Source: Candidatus Iainarchaeum sp.
GTDB taxonomy: Archaea; Iainarchaeota; Iainarchaeia; Iainarchaeales; VGJJ01
Reading direction: 5' to 3'
Assembly (NCBI GenBank): GCA_016699555.1
Contig: CP064981.1
Coordinates: 27,456 to 91,455 of the forward strand
Length of the DNA: 64,000 nucleotides
Shown: positions 1 to 10,023 of the stretch, one piece after another
Layout: each line of letters opens with the position of its first letter
How positions within the stretch are numbered: position 1 is the first letter of the stretch
Position numbers and translations under genes: made by a program
Notes under the pieces: generated by a model
The model's input: only the letters and a program-made list of their open reading frames with translations
Databases searched by the model: none
Told to the model about the DNA's origin: nothing

Positions 1-695
1 CCCGAACGCAATTCCGCCGCCATGTGACGCAAGGCAAACGACAATTCCGACGCACAGGCTTCGCCGCGCTGGATGGCATTCGATTTGGGGATGAGCAGTC
101 CCACGATGATGGTGATGAGGGAAAGGAATAACCCAATGATGAAAGGAAGGATCAAACTCAACGTAACCAAAAGCGGAGTCAGCACCAGACCGCGGCGTGC
201 GCCTATTTCGCGCAAGAGAAAGAATAGGAGCTGCAACCCGAAGACGCTGAAAACGAACACGAGAACGGAAACGATAGAAATCAGCGCCACCCATTGGCGC
301 GCGGAATAGTTCATGTTGGCGCTGTAGAGATAGTAATTGAGCGTCTTCATCTGCGGGAATTTTTCCACGATCTTTCCAACGGCATCAAGGGGACCGCGCA
401 TGTAACGGTACAATCGCCCCATGCTCCGCACGAAAGGAGAAGATTTCTCGGAGAGCTGTTCCGCGCCACCGAATTCAAATTGCTTCTTGTCATTGCCGGA
501 GATGATGTCCTTGAGCTCGGCGAGTTGGCCCGAGACGTCATTGAACTGCATGCCTTGAGACTCATATTTCCCCTTCATGCGCTGCACGATCTGATTGATC
601 TGGCGCTCGTCGAAGTCCGCCACTTCATCCCCTGCATCTTTCTGCACGGCCTTGCGCTCCTCGATGCGCTTCTTGATCCCCGAGAACTCCGTCAT
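1..695 (-). CDS. Partial (C-terminus off window) polytopic membrane protein, type II secretion system F / FlaJ-TadC-like, partner of the adjacent ATPase
   Basis: Manual reverse-strand translation from the ATG at 695..693 reads MTEFSGIKKRIEERKAVQKDAGDE...LISIVSVLVFVFSVFGLQLLFFLL... with no stop to the window edge. Its start overlaps the ATPase stop (ATGA). It is missing from the ORF track only because it runs off the window. Confidence 0.6.
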   Translation of the reverse strand, partial: MTEFSGIKKRIEERKAVQKDAGDEVADFDERQINQIVQRMKGKYESQGMQFNDVSGQLAELKDIISGNDKKQFEFGGAEQLSEKSSPFVRSMGRLYRYMRGPLDAVGKIVEKFPQMKTLNYYLYSANMNYSARQWVALISIVSVLVFVFSVFGLQLLFFLLREIGARRGLVLTPLLVTLSLILPFIIGLFLSLITIIVGLLIPKSNAIQRGEACASELSFALRHMAAELRS

Positions 696-2632
696 GCGGA
701 TTCCTCGACGAATTGCTGCGTGAGCTGGGAGACGGTCTTGAGGTCGCGCACTTTCCTCTCTACCAATCCCTGCAGGAAGCGCTCGCGACGGTTGATTTCC
801 ACTTCGATCTCATCCTTGGATTTTCCCGTCAATTGAGAGAGGCGCTCGAGATAGTGCACGGGAACATTGGTGCGTATCAATTCGTCCTTGATCGGGTCCC
901 ACGTGAAAATGGCGTTCGTGGAAGGTTTGCCCTGCAACACTCCCGTTACTTCCGCGATCTCCGTTACACGGCGATAGCTTCCCTTGGTGGAGGAATGGAA
1001 AATGTTCGCGACCACGACAAAATTCAAACCCGAGAGCATGACGGAAGGGACTTCCATCGGGGGAGAGGTCACACGGATGAGCGTTTCTTCCGCGGAGTTG
1101 GCGTGCACCGTTCCCATCGATCCATCGTGTCCGGTATTCATCGCAGTAAAGAGAGAGAACGCCTCATTATGACGCACTTCTCCCACAATGATGCGGTCCG
1201 GGCGCATACGCAGGGAGTTCTTGGTGAGGATATCCAACGTCAGCTCGCCTTTCCCTTCCAAGCCGGGAGGACGCCCTTCCAAGCGGATCCAATGCGTAAT
1301 GGGCAGACTCAATTCCGAGGTGTCTTCGATGGAGATGACGCGCTCGTTGGCGGGAATGAAGGAGCACAGCACATTCAACAGCGTGGTCTTTCCGGAGCTG
1401 GTCCCTCCCGAGATGAGCATGTTGGCGGGTTGCGCCTTCATCCCATCCGAGCACATCCACAGGAATGCGGCCGCTTGGGGAGTGAGCGTCTTGTAAGTGA
1501 TCAGATCTACCATGGAAATGGGATCCGCGCGGAACTTTCTGATGGTCAGCGTGGAACCCGAAACCGATGCAGGCGGGATCGTCGCATTCACACGCGAACC
1601 ATCCAACAAACGCGCGTCCAGCAAGGGAGAGGAAATGTCCACGCGCCGCCCCACTTCACGCGCAATGCGATTGATCACGTCTTCGATTTCGTCGTCGGTG
1701 GTGAATTGGATGTTGGTGATCATCATGTCGTACTTGCGATGGAACACATACACCGGGACGCGGGGCCCGATGACCATGATTTCTTCGAGGCGATCGTCTT
1801 TGATGAGATCATCGATCAGCCCATATCCCACCATCTCCGAAACGACGGCTTCGGCATAGAATTCGTACTTGGTGGGAGGGACTTTCATCTCAGGGGAAGC
1901 GCGCAAGATGTCCAGGACTTGTTGGCGGTACACCGTACGCTTCTGCTCGGGATCGCGGATCTTGTAGGGCGTTATTGTGATGAGGCGCGTGGCGACTTCT
2001 TTCAATGTGTTGATGATCGCGCGCTCGCTCACGGTGGGACGGGCAACGGGCACATAATAGTAGAGCAGGGACTCATTCTGCACGCGATAGATTTTGGCCT
2101 TGCCGTATTCTTCCAACAACGTCTTGGGCCTAGTCTCCATGACGGACTCGAAAGAGGGAGTATCCTTCTCCTGCGCCAGCGTCTTCAGATCCTGCACGAC
2201 CTTAGAGAAGTCGGTCGGAGATTTGGATGGCTCAGGCGATTTTGCCATCGTCGTCGGAATCGGTTGCGCCGCCGCAGGACGCATGGGCGCAGGGGCCGCA
2301 GGCGATGGACGGGGGGTCGTCGCTGGGGTGGGAGCGACTGGAGCGCTCATCCCGCGCAATTGGGAAAGCTTTTGCACGAGGGCATTCATCTCATCCTCGC
2401 GCATGCCCACTTGGGGAGCAGCGGAAGGAATATCGGCTACTGCCGAACGCGGAGGAGCGACAGATGCCGGGGCCGCTGAAACAGGCGTTGTAGGAGTGGA
2501 GCGGGGCGCCGTTGTCGCCATGGGAGCGGGGATAGGTGGTTGCGTGGAAGAAGGCTTAGCGGCGCTCGTAGCCTTTGGCGCAGCCTCGATAAGCCCTTTC
2601 AAATAATCCTTGGAACGCAACTCTTCGGCCAT
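692..2632 (-). CDS. Type II/IV secretion-system ATPase (FlaI/PilB/GspE family) with a Pro/Ala-rich low-complexity N-terminus
   Basis: Walker A GGTSSGKTTLLNVLCSF; conserved GspE-family core (RPDRIIVGEVR, GHDGSMGTVHANS). Confidence 0.85.
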   Translation of the reverse strand: MAEELRSKDYLKGLIEAAPKATSAAKPSSTQPPIPAPMATTAPRSTPTTPVSAAPASVAPPRSAVADIPSAAPQVGMREDEMNALVQKLSQLRGMSAPVAPTPATTPRPSPAAPAPMRPAAAQPIPTTMAKSPEPSKSPTDFSKVVQDLKTLAQEKDTPSFESVMETRPKTLLEEYGKAKIYRVQNESLLYYYVPVARPTVSERAIINTLKEVATRLITITPYKIRDPEQKRTVYRQQVLDILRASPEMKVPPTKYEFYAEAVVSEMVGYGLIDDLIKDDRLEEIMVIGPRVPVYVFHRKYDMMITNIQFTTDDEIEDVINRIAREVGRRVDISSPLLDARLLDGSRVNATIPPASVSGSTLTIRKFRADPISMVDLITYKTLTPQAAAFLWMCSDGMKAQPANMLISGGTSSGKTTLLNVLCSFIPANERVISIEDTSELSLPITHWIRLEGRPPGLEGKGELTLDILTKNSLRMRPDRIIVGEVRHNEAFSLFTAMNTGHDGSMGTVHANSAEETLIRVTSPPMEVPSVMLSGLNFVVVANIFHSSTKGSYRRVTEIAEVTGVLQGKPSTNAIFTWDPIKDELIRTNVPVHYLERLSQLTGKSKDEIEVEINRRERFLQGLVERKVRDLKTVSQLTQQFVEESA

Positions 2633-2763
2633 CGCTAAAACCCGCGCAATTTTTCGAATGCAATGAGTTGGCGTATATAAGCGTGGGGGATTTTGTTTTG
2701 GAGCAATCGGTTAAATCCCTTTGAAAAGGCAGATGCGCAGGGCATAGACTCAGCTTTAAATAG

Positions 2764-3228
2764 GTGGATTTCTTGCCTCAGTCAGAGGTTGAAGCCCATA
2801 TGCGACGCATTATCTTATTCCGGTTAGGCGCGAGGGACGTGCACCTGCCCAAATTGTTCGGTGCATTCATCATGTTAGCCGCCACACTCATGCTCTTACA
2901 CAGCTTAACGGGGATGTTCGATTCCTGGGAAAACGTGAAAGCCGTGCATGCCTGTATCGACGCAGCCAATTCGAACACGATTGCATTCGAGGCATGCCAG
3001 ACACAAGCATTTGATGCCTTTGGCATCCTGTTGCGCGCCAACCAATTCCGCTTGACGGATCTGCAGGTCGCATTCGGTTTGCTCGATAACGTCGCAGCCG
3101 TATTCTTCTGGGTCGCCGCGCTGATCGTGGGAATGGTATTCTACCGCTCCTGGAGATTGACGCTTCCGATCGAAGAAAATGTCATGGAGATGAAAAGCAA
3201 GCGATTCTCTCCACGCATGAAGAAATAA
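2764..3228 (+). CDS. Hypothetical membrane protein
   Basis: ORF with two hydrophobic segments; no recognisable domain. The true start may be the downstream ATG near 2800. Confidence 0.3.
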   Translation: MDFLPQSEVEAHMRRIILFRLGARDVHLPKLFGAFIMLAATLMLLHSLTGMFDSWENVKAVHACIDAANSNTIAFEACQTQAFDAFGILLRANQFRLTDLQVAFGLLDNVAAVFFWVAALIVGMVFYRSWRLTLPIEENVMEMKSKRFSPRMKK

Positions 3229-3279
3229 TAATTCGTAAGAAGTGGAAAAATTCCACTTCCCATTTTCTATTTTTATTCT

Positions 3280-4656
3280 CTATATGACGACGACTTTGAC
3301 TTTGCCGTCGTCGAACTTCCCTTTCTTGACGCCAGCGATCAATTGCACGTTGGCTTTTTCGGCCGCATCATAGAGGCGCTTGGTGATGATGCCATCCGCC
3401 ACGATGGTGTGGACGTTCTTGGCATTCTTGAGTTTTGCGACCATCTCACGCACCGCTACCTCTTGCAATTGCTTGCCTTTTTCGTCCAAGAAAAGAGCGA
3501 CCAATTTCCCTTTCACTTTTCCGAGCAGAGGGATGAGCTTGGCATGCTCCTCACTGGTCTCCGCAGGAGGCAAGCGAGAAGGTTGTACTCCTGAGGAAAG
3601 GCCGAGGGGATTCTCGTCCACGTCCTTCCCGAACGCATGATGCATGCCCGGGGCTCCCGGTGCACCACGGAGAGGACGACGCATCCCCGGAGTGGAAAGC
3701 GGGCGCTGCATGGGCATTGGAGGCGCTTCGGATTCGAATTCACGCGGACTGCGCGCCTCCCCGCGTGGAAAAGAAGGCGGAACGCGCGCGGGGCGAACAC
3801 CTTGGCGTGTTTCACGAGCGGAAACACCGATGTGTTCCAAGAACTCTGCAACGGGTTTTCTGCGATGCAGCGCTTGCACGATCTCTTTCTGCTGCAACTC
3901 CTCGACTTCTTTTCCGTCCGGCGCAACAGCAACGAATGCGATGCGCGCGATCTGATGCAATTTACGCGCATTCAATTCTCCGCCGCGATCCCCATCCGCG
4001 AAGAGCGTGAGCGTTTTACGTTGAGAAAGGCGGATAATCTCTTGCGGGATGTGGCTTCCACCCATTGCGATCGCATTCTTGATGCCGCAGCGCAGGAGAT
4101 TGACGACATCGGCTCGGCCTTCCACCACAATCACTTCTTCGCTCGAATCGATTTCGGGACCGGCGGGAAGTCTTTCTCTTCCATACTCGGTAATCTTTTC
4201 CACGCGCGCTTCGACGCGGACTTCTTCGGCAAGGTCGTCGATCTGGGGACCTTGTTTTTCTTTCAGGCGATTCAACAATTCTTTGGCGCGCTTGGCGATT
4301 TCGGCGCGTTTATCTCTGCGCGTGTCTTCAATGGCTTCCACATTGAATTGCGCCTCGCACGGACCGACTTTATCGACTGTTTCGATGGCCGCTGCGAGAA
4401 CGGATGTCTCGGCCATGTCCATGGAAGAAGGCACATGCAATTCACCGAATGTATTCCCGCCTTCCTGATGGGAAATGACTTCGATGCGGCCGATGCGTCC
4501 ATTCTTTTGGAGTTCGCGCAAATCCATCTCTTCGCCGAGCAATCCTTCGCTCTGTCCGAAGATGGCACCGACGATGTCGGGTTTGTCGACGACGCCTTTG
4601 ATCTGGAATTTTATTTTGACTTGATATTTGACTGCTTCAATGTAAGCTTTTGCCAT
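3280..4656 (-). CDS. dnaG: Archaeal DnaG-type primase (Toprim domain)
   Basis: Toprim motifs VIVVEGRADVVNLL and LFADGDRGGE; N-terminal MAKAYIEAVKYQVKIKF typical of archaeal DnaG. Confidence 0.85.
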   Translation of the reverse strand: MAKAYIEAVKYQVKIKFQIKGVVDKPDIVGAIFGQSEGLLGEEMDLRELQKNGRIGRIEVISHQEGGNTFGELHVPSSMDMAETSVLAAAIETVDKVGPCEAQFNVEAIEDTRRDKRAEIAKRAKELLNRLKEKQGPQIDDLAEEVRVEARVEKITEYGRERLPAGPEIDSSEEVIVVEGRADVVNLLRCGIKNAIAMGGSHIPQEIIRLSQRKTLTLFADGDRGGELNARKLHQIARIAFVAVAPDGKEVEELQQKEIVQALHRRKPVAEFLEHIGVSARETRQGVRPARVPPSFPRGEARSPREFESEAPPMPMQRPLSTPGMRRPLRGAPGAPGMHHAFGKDVDENPLGLSSGVQPSRLPPAETSEEHAKLIPLLGKVKGKLVALFLDEKGKQLQEVAVREMVAKLKNAKNVHTIVADGIITKRLYDAAEKANVQLIAGVKKGKFDDGKVKVVVI

Positions 4657-4680
4657 GTGTAATCACTACCTTTTTTTCTC

Positions 4681-4986
4681 TCATGGAGATTTGTTTTGTT
4701 TCGTTGTTGGGGCCAGCGCTTGACGGATTTTCCGTTGGACTTCTTCTTCGGAAAGAAAGATTTCCAACACCTTATGGTGGCTCTTCTCGCCTTTCACGAT
4801 TCGCGTGTCGCATTGGAATAATCGCGCGGTTTCGCGTTCCAATTCCTCATTGGCTTCGTTATGGTGGGGCTTGGAAACGAGGTGGATATGCCACTCTCCG
4901 CTCCAATCATCCCGACGCAAGAAACCAAACTTCTTCTTCTCCGGGTGTACGCAGATGCGCAGTAGGATCCCACGAGATGAGGACAT
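4681..4986 (-). CDS. Hypothetical small protein upstream of dnaG
   Basis: 101-aa ORF on the same strand, 25 bp upstream of dnaG; no domain recognised. Confidence 0.35.
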   Translation of the reverse strand: MSSSRGILLRICVHPEKKKFGFLRRDDWSGEWHIHLVSKPHHNEANEELERETARLFQCDTRIVKGEKSHHKVLEIFLSEEEVQRKIRQALAPTTKQNKSP

Positions 4987-5147
4987 ATTCCCTCGAACTG
5001 GTTAAGCGTGAATGTGAAATAATGCCCGTCAAAGACTGCCATTATTACCACCTATTATGTCGCGATGTTTATAAAACCGGCTTTTGGCGGAAAGGTGGTG
5101 GATTTCCCCGGCTAAGGGATAAATAGCCCACTTCCATCTATGAGGGA

Positions 5148-5537
5148 ATGACACGCTACAACAAAGGCGCAAATGCCGAACGCGAGTTGTTGAAGGCATT
5201 ATATGAAGCCGGAATGGCCGTTTGCCGTGTCGCGGGAAGCGGAAAAAACGACAAACCCATGCCCGACGCGGTCGCATTGAAGGATGGAAAGATTTTCGCA
5301 TTCGAATGCAAGGCATGGAAAGCCGATAATTTGAATATTTCTCGCGTGCAAGTGGAGGAGTTAGAAAGTTGGTGCAAGACCGCTGGAGCGCAATTCGTGA
5401 TTGCGTGGAAGATCCCCCACAAGGGATGGAGGTTCTTCGGAAAAGAGCACTTGCACGAGACGGGAAAAGCCTATGCCATTTCCCGAGAAAAAGCCTTCGA
5501 AATAGGCAAGAATCTGGACGATTTCAAGCTGGGCTGA
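5148..5537 (+). CDS. hjc: Holliday junction resolvase Hjc
   Basis: ERELLKALYEAGMAVCRVAGSGKNDKPMPDAVALKDGKIFAFECK matches the archaeal Hjc PD-(D/E)XK core; length 129 aa. TATA-like ataaata lies about 25-30 bp upstream. Confidence 0.8.
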   Translation: MTRYNKGANAERELLKALYEAGMAVCRVAGSGKNDKPMPDAVALKDGKIFAFECKAWKADNLNISRVQVEELESWCKTAGAQFVIAWKIPHKGWRFFGKEHLHETGKAYAISREKAFEIGKNLDDFKLG

Positions 5538-5573
5538 GACAGTCTTAAATGCCCTTTGCGTGGATTATTACCT

Positions 5574-5732
5574 ATGCAACCCCTTGAATTGACCATTGTG
5601 GAATTGGAGCAATTATACGAAAAACAAGCCTCCTACCGGGCACGCGTTTACTTGGAATGGGCCATCGAGAATTTGAAAAAGTTCCAGCACTTGGATGTCG
5701 CGGGCGCCGTGAACCGCACGAAGCGACAATAA
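5574..5732 (+). CDS. Possible small ORF (52 aa) below the ORF-track threshold
   Basis: Manual translation MQPLELTIVELEQLYEKQASYRARVYLEWAIENLKKFQHLDVAGAVNRTKRQ; no domain. Confidence 0.2.
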   Translation: MQPLELTIVELEQLYEKQASYRARVYLEWAIENLKKFQHLDVAGAVNRTKRQ

Positions 5733-5777
5733 TCCATTTCCTATCCGCAAGCGCATTTGCTGTGTCACATTATCGCG

Positions 5778-6476
5778 TCACACCAGCGTAGCGACGAACA
5801 TCATGGTCACTCCAACTAGCGCCATGACGATGAAAATGATGACTGAATCGATCGTCAACGCCGAACCGAAGTTCAACACGAACAACGCTAAATCCGCCAG
5901 CACGAAGAGGATGCCAATAATGAGTACGATCGTGGAGATGATCCGATTCTTGGAAGAAATCCCCTTCAAGCGCAACTCATCCTGATCCGCCTTGATCTGT
6001 TGCACGTCTTTTCCGAGCGTGTTGAGGGTGATGCGCACGCGCTCGGAAAGCTCAGTGAATTTTTGCACCGTGTCAGAGATCTGCGATTGAAAAGAACGGG
6101 ACTGGTTGGTGATCTGGTTCTCGTATGCCACCAAATCCTGTTTCACGGACTGTGTCAGGGCACCACGCAATCCTTCAACGGAAGACTTGGCTTCGGTCTG
6201 CATGAAAGAACGCATGTCGTTCTTTTGGGTCTCGATTTCCTGCTTCACCACTTTCCCTATTTCGCTGCGCAGCAACGCAAACGTATCGGCTTGCGCCAAG
6301 AGAAGAAGGCGCTGCGATTTCTTTTGGTCGATCCCGAGTTGAGCGAGAGTCTGGAGAATGGCTTCTTCGCTTTCCCCTTCGGCCACCATGTTGCGGATAA
6401 TCTCGATGATGGACGGCTCCCCGCTCGAGGGAGTGGAGGCATCAGCCGTATTGGATTGCGCAGGCATGTCAGGCAC
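5778..6476 (-). CDS. Coiled-coil protein with C-terminal transmembrane anchor
   Basis: Long Q/E/K-rich helical region followed by two C-terminal hydrophobic helices. Confidence 0.45.
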   Translation of the reverse strand: MPDMPAQSNTADASTPSSGEPSIIEIIRNMVAEGESEEAILQTLAQLGIDQKKSQRLLLLAQADTFALLRSEIGKVVKQEIETQKNDMRSFMQTEAKSSVEGLRGALTQSVKQDLVAYENQITNQSRSFQSQISDTVQKFTELSERVRITLNTLGKDVQQIKADQDELRLKGISSKNRIISTIVLIIGILFVLADLALFVLNFGSALTIDSVIIFIVMALVGVTMMFVATLV

Positions 6477-7187
6477 CGGTTCCTGTGGAGGTCGTCGCGG
6501 AAGGAGGCTCTGTCACATCGATGCTATGCAGTCCTTCTCCCAACGTACGCCATGCAGTCAGAACGCGTATTTTAATGGGGAGGTCTTCCTCGCCGAGCGT
6601 GGGGGTGAAAGCGATACCGGTAGAGGAGCAATCGTTCGCGGGAATCACCCAATCGACGGGCGCGGGCACCCATTCGGGGCGTGTCGGGAGTTCCATGGCC
6701 AATTGCAGTTGTTGGGGAGAAGAAGCCGTATTGCACCCCGAAGCGATGACCTCAACATCCTGCCCCACATAGCCGATTGGAGGATAGGAGAATTGAAAGG
6801 TCACCTGACCGTCATCCGGCGAAGGCATCCCAACGGGAATGAGCGCACGCGTGGTGAGATGGAAAGGCGCCATGACCTGCAATTCCACTTGCCCCGACTC
6901 ATCGACCATCGCAGGGGTTAACATGATGGTGCGCGATTCGCGAGGGGAGAGGAGGGGAATGACCTCCAAGGCTTGGCGTTGGCCGTCTTTCACATAGACG
7001 ATGGACACATCCCTGATGGCATGCACGGAATCATTGGACACCATCACATCATTCCCGCTCCCGCTCGGGGAAACACCGATCGTGAGGCCGGTATTGAAGA
7101 AGAGGAAATAGACCAATGCGAATCCGAACACCGCATAGATGGCGATCATGACACGATACACATGACTTCGGCGCGCGGAGAAATCCA
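6469..7187 (-). CDS. Hypothetical secreted/membrane-anchored protein
   Basis: ORF track gives 6469..7392. The internal ATG at 7187 (MDFSARRSHVYRVMIAIYAVFGFALVYFLFF, a signal anchor) avoids overlap with the GTPase gene and is the likelier start. Confidence 0.4.
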
Positions 7188-7315
7188 TGCCAGGAAAAGA
7201 GAAATTTGCCTTAAAAGGAATTACTTTCGCTGCGGCTTCGTCTTGCTCTTTCCTTTCTGCCAGCACAGTTCCGGCTGTGCGGTGCGGGATCGAGGCATTT
7301 CGAGTGAAATGCCTC

Positions 7316-8071
7316 TCATTTACGTTTACTCTTTCCTTTCTGCCAGTCGTGCCAGAGCTGGATGGACATCGTCCGCGTATCCGGCAAGCCACCCTTCCTG
7401 AGGCGATTCATCTTCTCCGCGAGCTTCTCGAGGGCCTCTTCCGCGTTCATGGTTCCGATGTCGAAATCATACTGCTTCTTGAGCCAGTTTCCCCACAACG
7501 CGCTCTTGCGCAACCACCCCAATAGTTCGACGGCCGGGTTCTCGATGTCCTGCACTTGATTGGGGGATTTGGCGTTCACGAGCAAGAGCTGGAACTCATT
7601 GCGCTGGTCGTATGGAATGACGCCGGGCGTGTCGAACACGTACACGTCCTCTTTCAATTTGATCAAGGATTTCCCGCGCGTGAAACCGGCTTGCTTGGAA
7701 GTGGGAGCGGAGTGCCTTCCCGTCAATGCATTGATGACGGAAGACTTCCCCACATTCGGAAAACCCACCACGGCAATCTTTCCGCCCTGCGGGAGCTTTG
7801 AGAAGATGAGCGCGCGCAAGTGATTGATATTCTTTTTAGGCGCGCAGGAAATGGCAATCGTATAGAGATTCGGCGCGCGCGCATTCTCATAGTCCGCTTT
7901 GTTATCGACGAGATCGAGTTTGTTGAACACGAGAATAACAATTTTTCCATTGCGCAACAACTTTCTTTCCAGATCCACGTTCTGCATCATATCCGCAAAG
8001 CGTGCATCCACTACTTCTAAGACGACATCTGCTTCGTCCATGGCGAGAAAGGCATGCTTGAAGAGCGACAT
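7316..8071 (-). CDS. Circularly permuted GTPase (YlqF/RbgA-like, G4 before G1)
   Basis: NKLDL (G4) precedes GFPNVGKSSVINAL (G1) and DTPG (G3). Confidence 0.7.
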   Translation of the reverse strand: MSLFKHAFLAMDEADVVLEVVDARFADMMQNVDLERKLLRNGKIVILVFNKLDLVDNKADYENARAPNLYTIAISCAPKKNINHLRALIFSKLPQGGKIAVVGFPNVGKSSVINALTGRHSAPTSKQAGFTRGKSLIKLKEDVYVFDTPGVIPYDQRNEFQLLLVNAKSPNQVQDIENPAVELLGWLRKSALWGNWLKKQYDFDIGTMNAEEALEKLAEKMNRLRKGGLPDTRTMSIQLWHDWQKGKSKRK

Positions 8072-8155
8072 ATACTATCACGCCGAGCGGGAGATTATAA
8101 TGGCGACGCACCCCAAAAACGAAAATGCGCATCGTGCATAGGGGAAGAAAATCCA

Positions 8156-9100
8156 TTACTTCCTAGTCCCCATCCTCTTCTTTATCCCTTCAATTATTTG
8201 CCGGATACGCTCACGCGTCAATGGAGCCGTATTCGTCCGCCGCGCAAGGATTTCAGCAATATCGACATTCGAATTCCCATTTAGCTTTTCCTTTAGGATA
8301 ATCCTCTCACGTGGCGTAAGCCAACGCGGCAATTGCATTGAGGTTGCAAGAGAGACAACCGCTGCAGGCCTTGCTACGGCCTCGTCGTTTAGGAGTGAAA
8401 CATCAGAAGGCGCATCCTTGTTCGTACGCTTGCGGCGATTTTCGTGCCTCAATGCATCCATCCCTAGATATCTAGCACATTTATAGAGATGGCTACTGAT
8501 TTGACTATATTTCGGATCGAATCTCATCATATGTTCTACGAGCCGGGGCAAGATTTCATTAAATATTTCTTCGCGTTTTGTATGCGATCTGATTTTCACT
8601 TTTCGGGATAGCGCACTCATCACAAGATTGCGATTTGCCGAGATGAATTGAATGGCTGCAGCCTCTGAAGCGAAGTAGCCGGAATGGAACTGTTTGGGTT
8701 TCCCATAAACCGGACAAATACCCTTCGTGGACAACCACGCACTTAGACGATTAAATTTATCCCGTGCGAATTTTTCACGCAGTGCTGCCATAAACTCCTT
8801 CCGTGCCGCAGCATAATCCCTAAAATTACGCGCAGCATCGAGTCGAGCGCGAAATCGTTCCAAAATTTTTAATCCCTCGGACCGTATGTGCATTGTATTT
8901 TGCCGTCGTGCAGCTGCTGCCTTTCTCGCCTTGACCCATTCCTTTTTCTCAGCGGACAACATGCTATTCTTTGCCCGAGCAGCCAAGGACAATATCCTAC
9001 GGCTTTCACCATACGAAAGTGTTCCGGATTCTTTTTGTTTCGCGTGATGCGATAATAGTCGTTGCATCCGCAAATAATGCGTTGAGTACGTGCGAGGCAT
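8156..9100 (-). CDS. Protein with sigma-70-like region 2 and region 4 HTH
   Basis: LVEHMMRFDPKYSQISSHLYKCARYLGMDALR resembles sigma region 2. LTPRERIILKEKL...NVDIAEIL...TRERIRQIIEGIKKRMG resembles region 4.2. Confidence 0.5.
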   Translation of the reverse strand: MPRTYSTHYLRMQRLLSHHAKQKESGTLSYGESRRILSLAARAKNSMLSAEKKEWVKARKAAAARRQNTMHIRSEGLKILERFRARLDAARNFRDYAAARKEFMAALREKFARDKFNRLSAWLSTKGICPVYGKPKQFHSGYFASEAAAIQFISANRNLVMSALSRKVKIRSHTKREEIFNEILPRLVEHMMRFDPKYSQISSHLYKCARYLGMDALRHENRRKRTNKDAPSDVSLLNDEAVARPAAVVSLATSMQLPRWLTPRERIILKEKLNGNSNVDIAEILARRTNTAPLTRERIRQIIEGIKKRMGTRK

Positions 9101-9116
9101 AGGGATTAAACCATCC

Positions 9117-9467
9117 TCACAATAATTTCAATCTTCCCGTGTAGCGATGCAATTCATTTTCGGGAGCGGGGCCGATCCCTAAACAGGTTTTGCTCCCGGG
9201 CGCCACTTGGGTGTGTCCTGCATCCGTGATGAGCGCAGCGGGGAATTGCCTTTTCACTTGTTCGAACAATTCCAATAATTCTCTTTCGGTTTGCACTTTT
9301 ACGACGATCTTCTTCATCCCTTCTTCCAGCCAATCATCGCACCAATTCTTGTATTTGGATTGCTGGGCCTTGAGATAGGATGCTAGTGAGGCATGCGCCA
9401 CTTGAGCGGCCATCTTCCCTTTGTCCATTTGGAGATCCATCCGAACGACGAGGACTTGCTGGTACAT
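9117..9467 (-). CDS. pth2: Peptidyl-tRNA hydrolase, archaeal/eukaryotic PTH2 type
   Basis: KMAAQVAHASL...KIVVKV...ITDAGHTQVAPGSKTCLGIGPAP is the PTH2 signature. Confidence 0.8.
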   Translation of the reverse strand: MYQQVLVVRMDLQMDKGKMAAQVAHASLASYLKAQQSKYKNWCDDWLEEGMKKIVVKVQTERELLELFEQVKRQFPAALITDAGHTQVAPGSKTCLGIGPAPENELHRYTGRLKLL

Positions 9468-9552
9468 TCCAGAAAGATACCGGCTACGCGATTTAAACCT
9501 GCCCTTGAAAAAAATAAGCGACCGCCGAGAAGCGGCTGCAAAGAGAAAACGA

Positions 9553-9921
9553 TTATTGTGCCGATTCTTCGGAAGCCAATTGAGTGGCTTCGCTTCCGCC
9601 CAACGCTTTCAAGTCGCGCAAGTAAATGGTCTTCGTAATGCCATTCTCGTCCCACAAGGAAGAGAAGGACTTCCCTTCATTCATTTCCAACCAAATCTGT
9701 CGTTCGGTGGGGTGCTCATAACCCTTTAATGTATACAAGCGGTTGTAGGCCAACAACACGCGGTTGCCGTGGATGCCTTTCAGCGTAAAGAGGTGATTGC
9801 CATCGCGCAAGGGCTCAAAAGAGTCCCCTTCGGACACGGAAAGGGTCTTGGTGGAGCGGTTCTTCTTGAATGGAGGCTTCCAATCCTGGCTCATCTCTTG
9901 GATCTCAAAAACGGCTTGCAT
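9553..9921 (-). CDS. Hypothetical protein
   Basis: 122-aa ORF in coding-dense context; no domain. Confidence 0.35.
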   Translation of the reverse strand: MQAVFEIQEMSQDWKPPFKKNRSTKTLSVSEGDSFEPLRDGNHLFTLKGIHGNRVLLAYNRLYTLKGYEHPTERQIWLEMNEGKSFSSLWDENGITKTIYLRDLKALGGSEATQLASEESAQ

Positions 9922-10023
9922 AGTTGTTCATCCCCTGGAGTTATCATGCGCCCAAAAAGGCAATACTGCTATCAGAAGGCTTCTGAGATTTTTAAGGGTT
10001 GGGGCGGAAAGCCCCCCTGGTGC

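Noticed and set aside
294-836. 180-aa plus-strand ORF at the window start
   Set aside because: Spurious. The minus strand here encodes the FlaJ/TadC-like membrane protein found by manual translation.
713-2479. 588-aa plus-strand ORF antisense to the secretion ATPase
   Set aside because: Arg/Gly/His-rich low-complexity translation typical of a shadow ORF on the opposite strand of a GC-rich gene. The minus-strand ATPase has clear Walker motifs.
3637-4662. 341-aa plus-strand ORF antisense to dnaG
   Set aside because: Shadow ORF with no motifs. dnaG on the minus strand is unambiguous.
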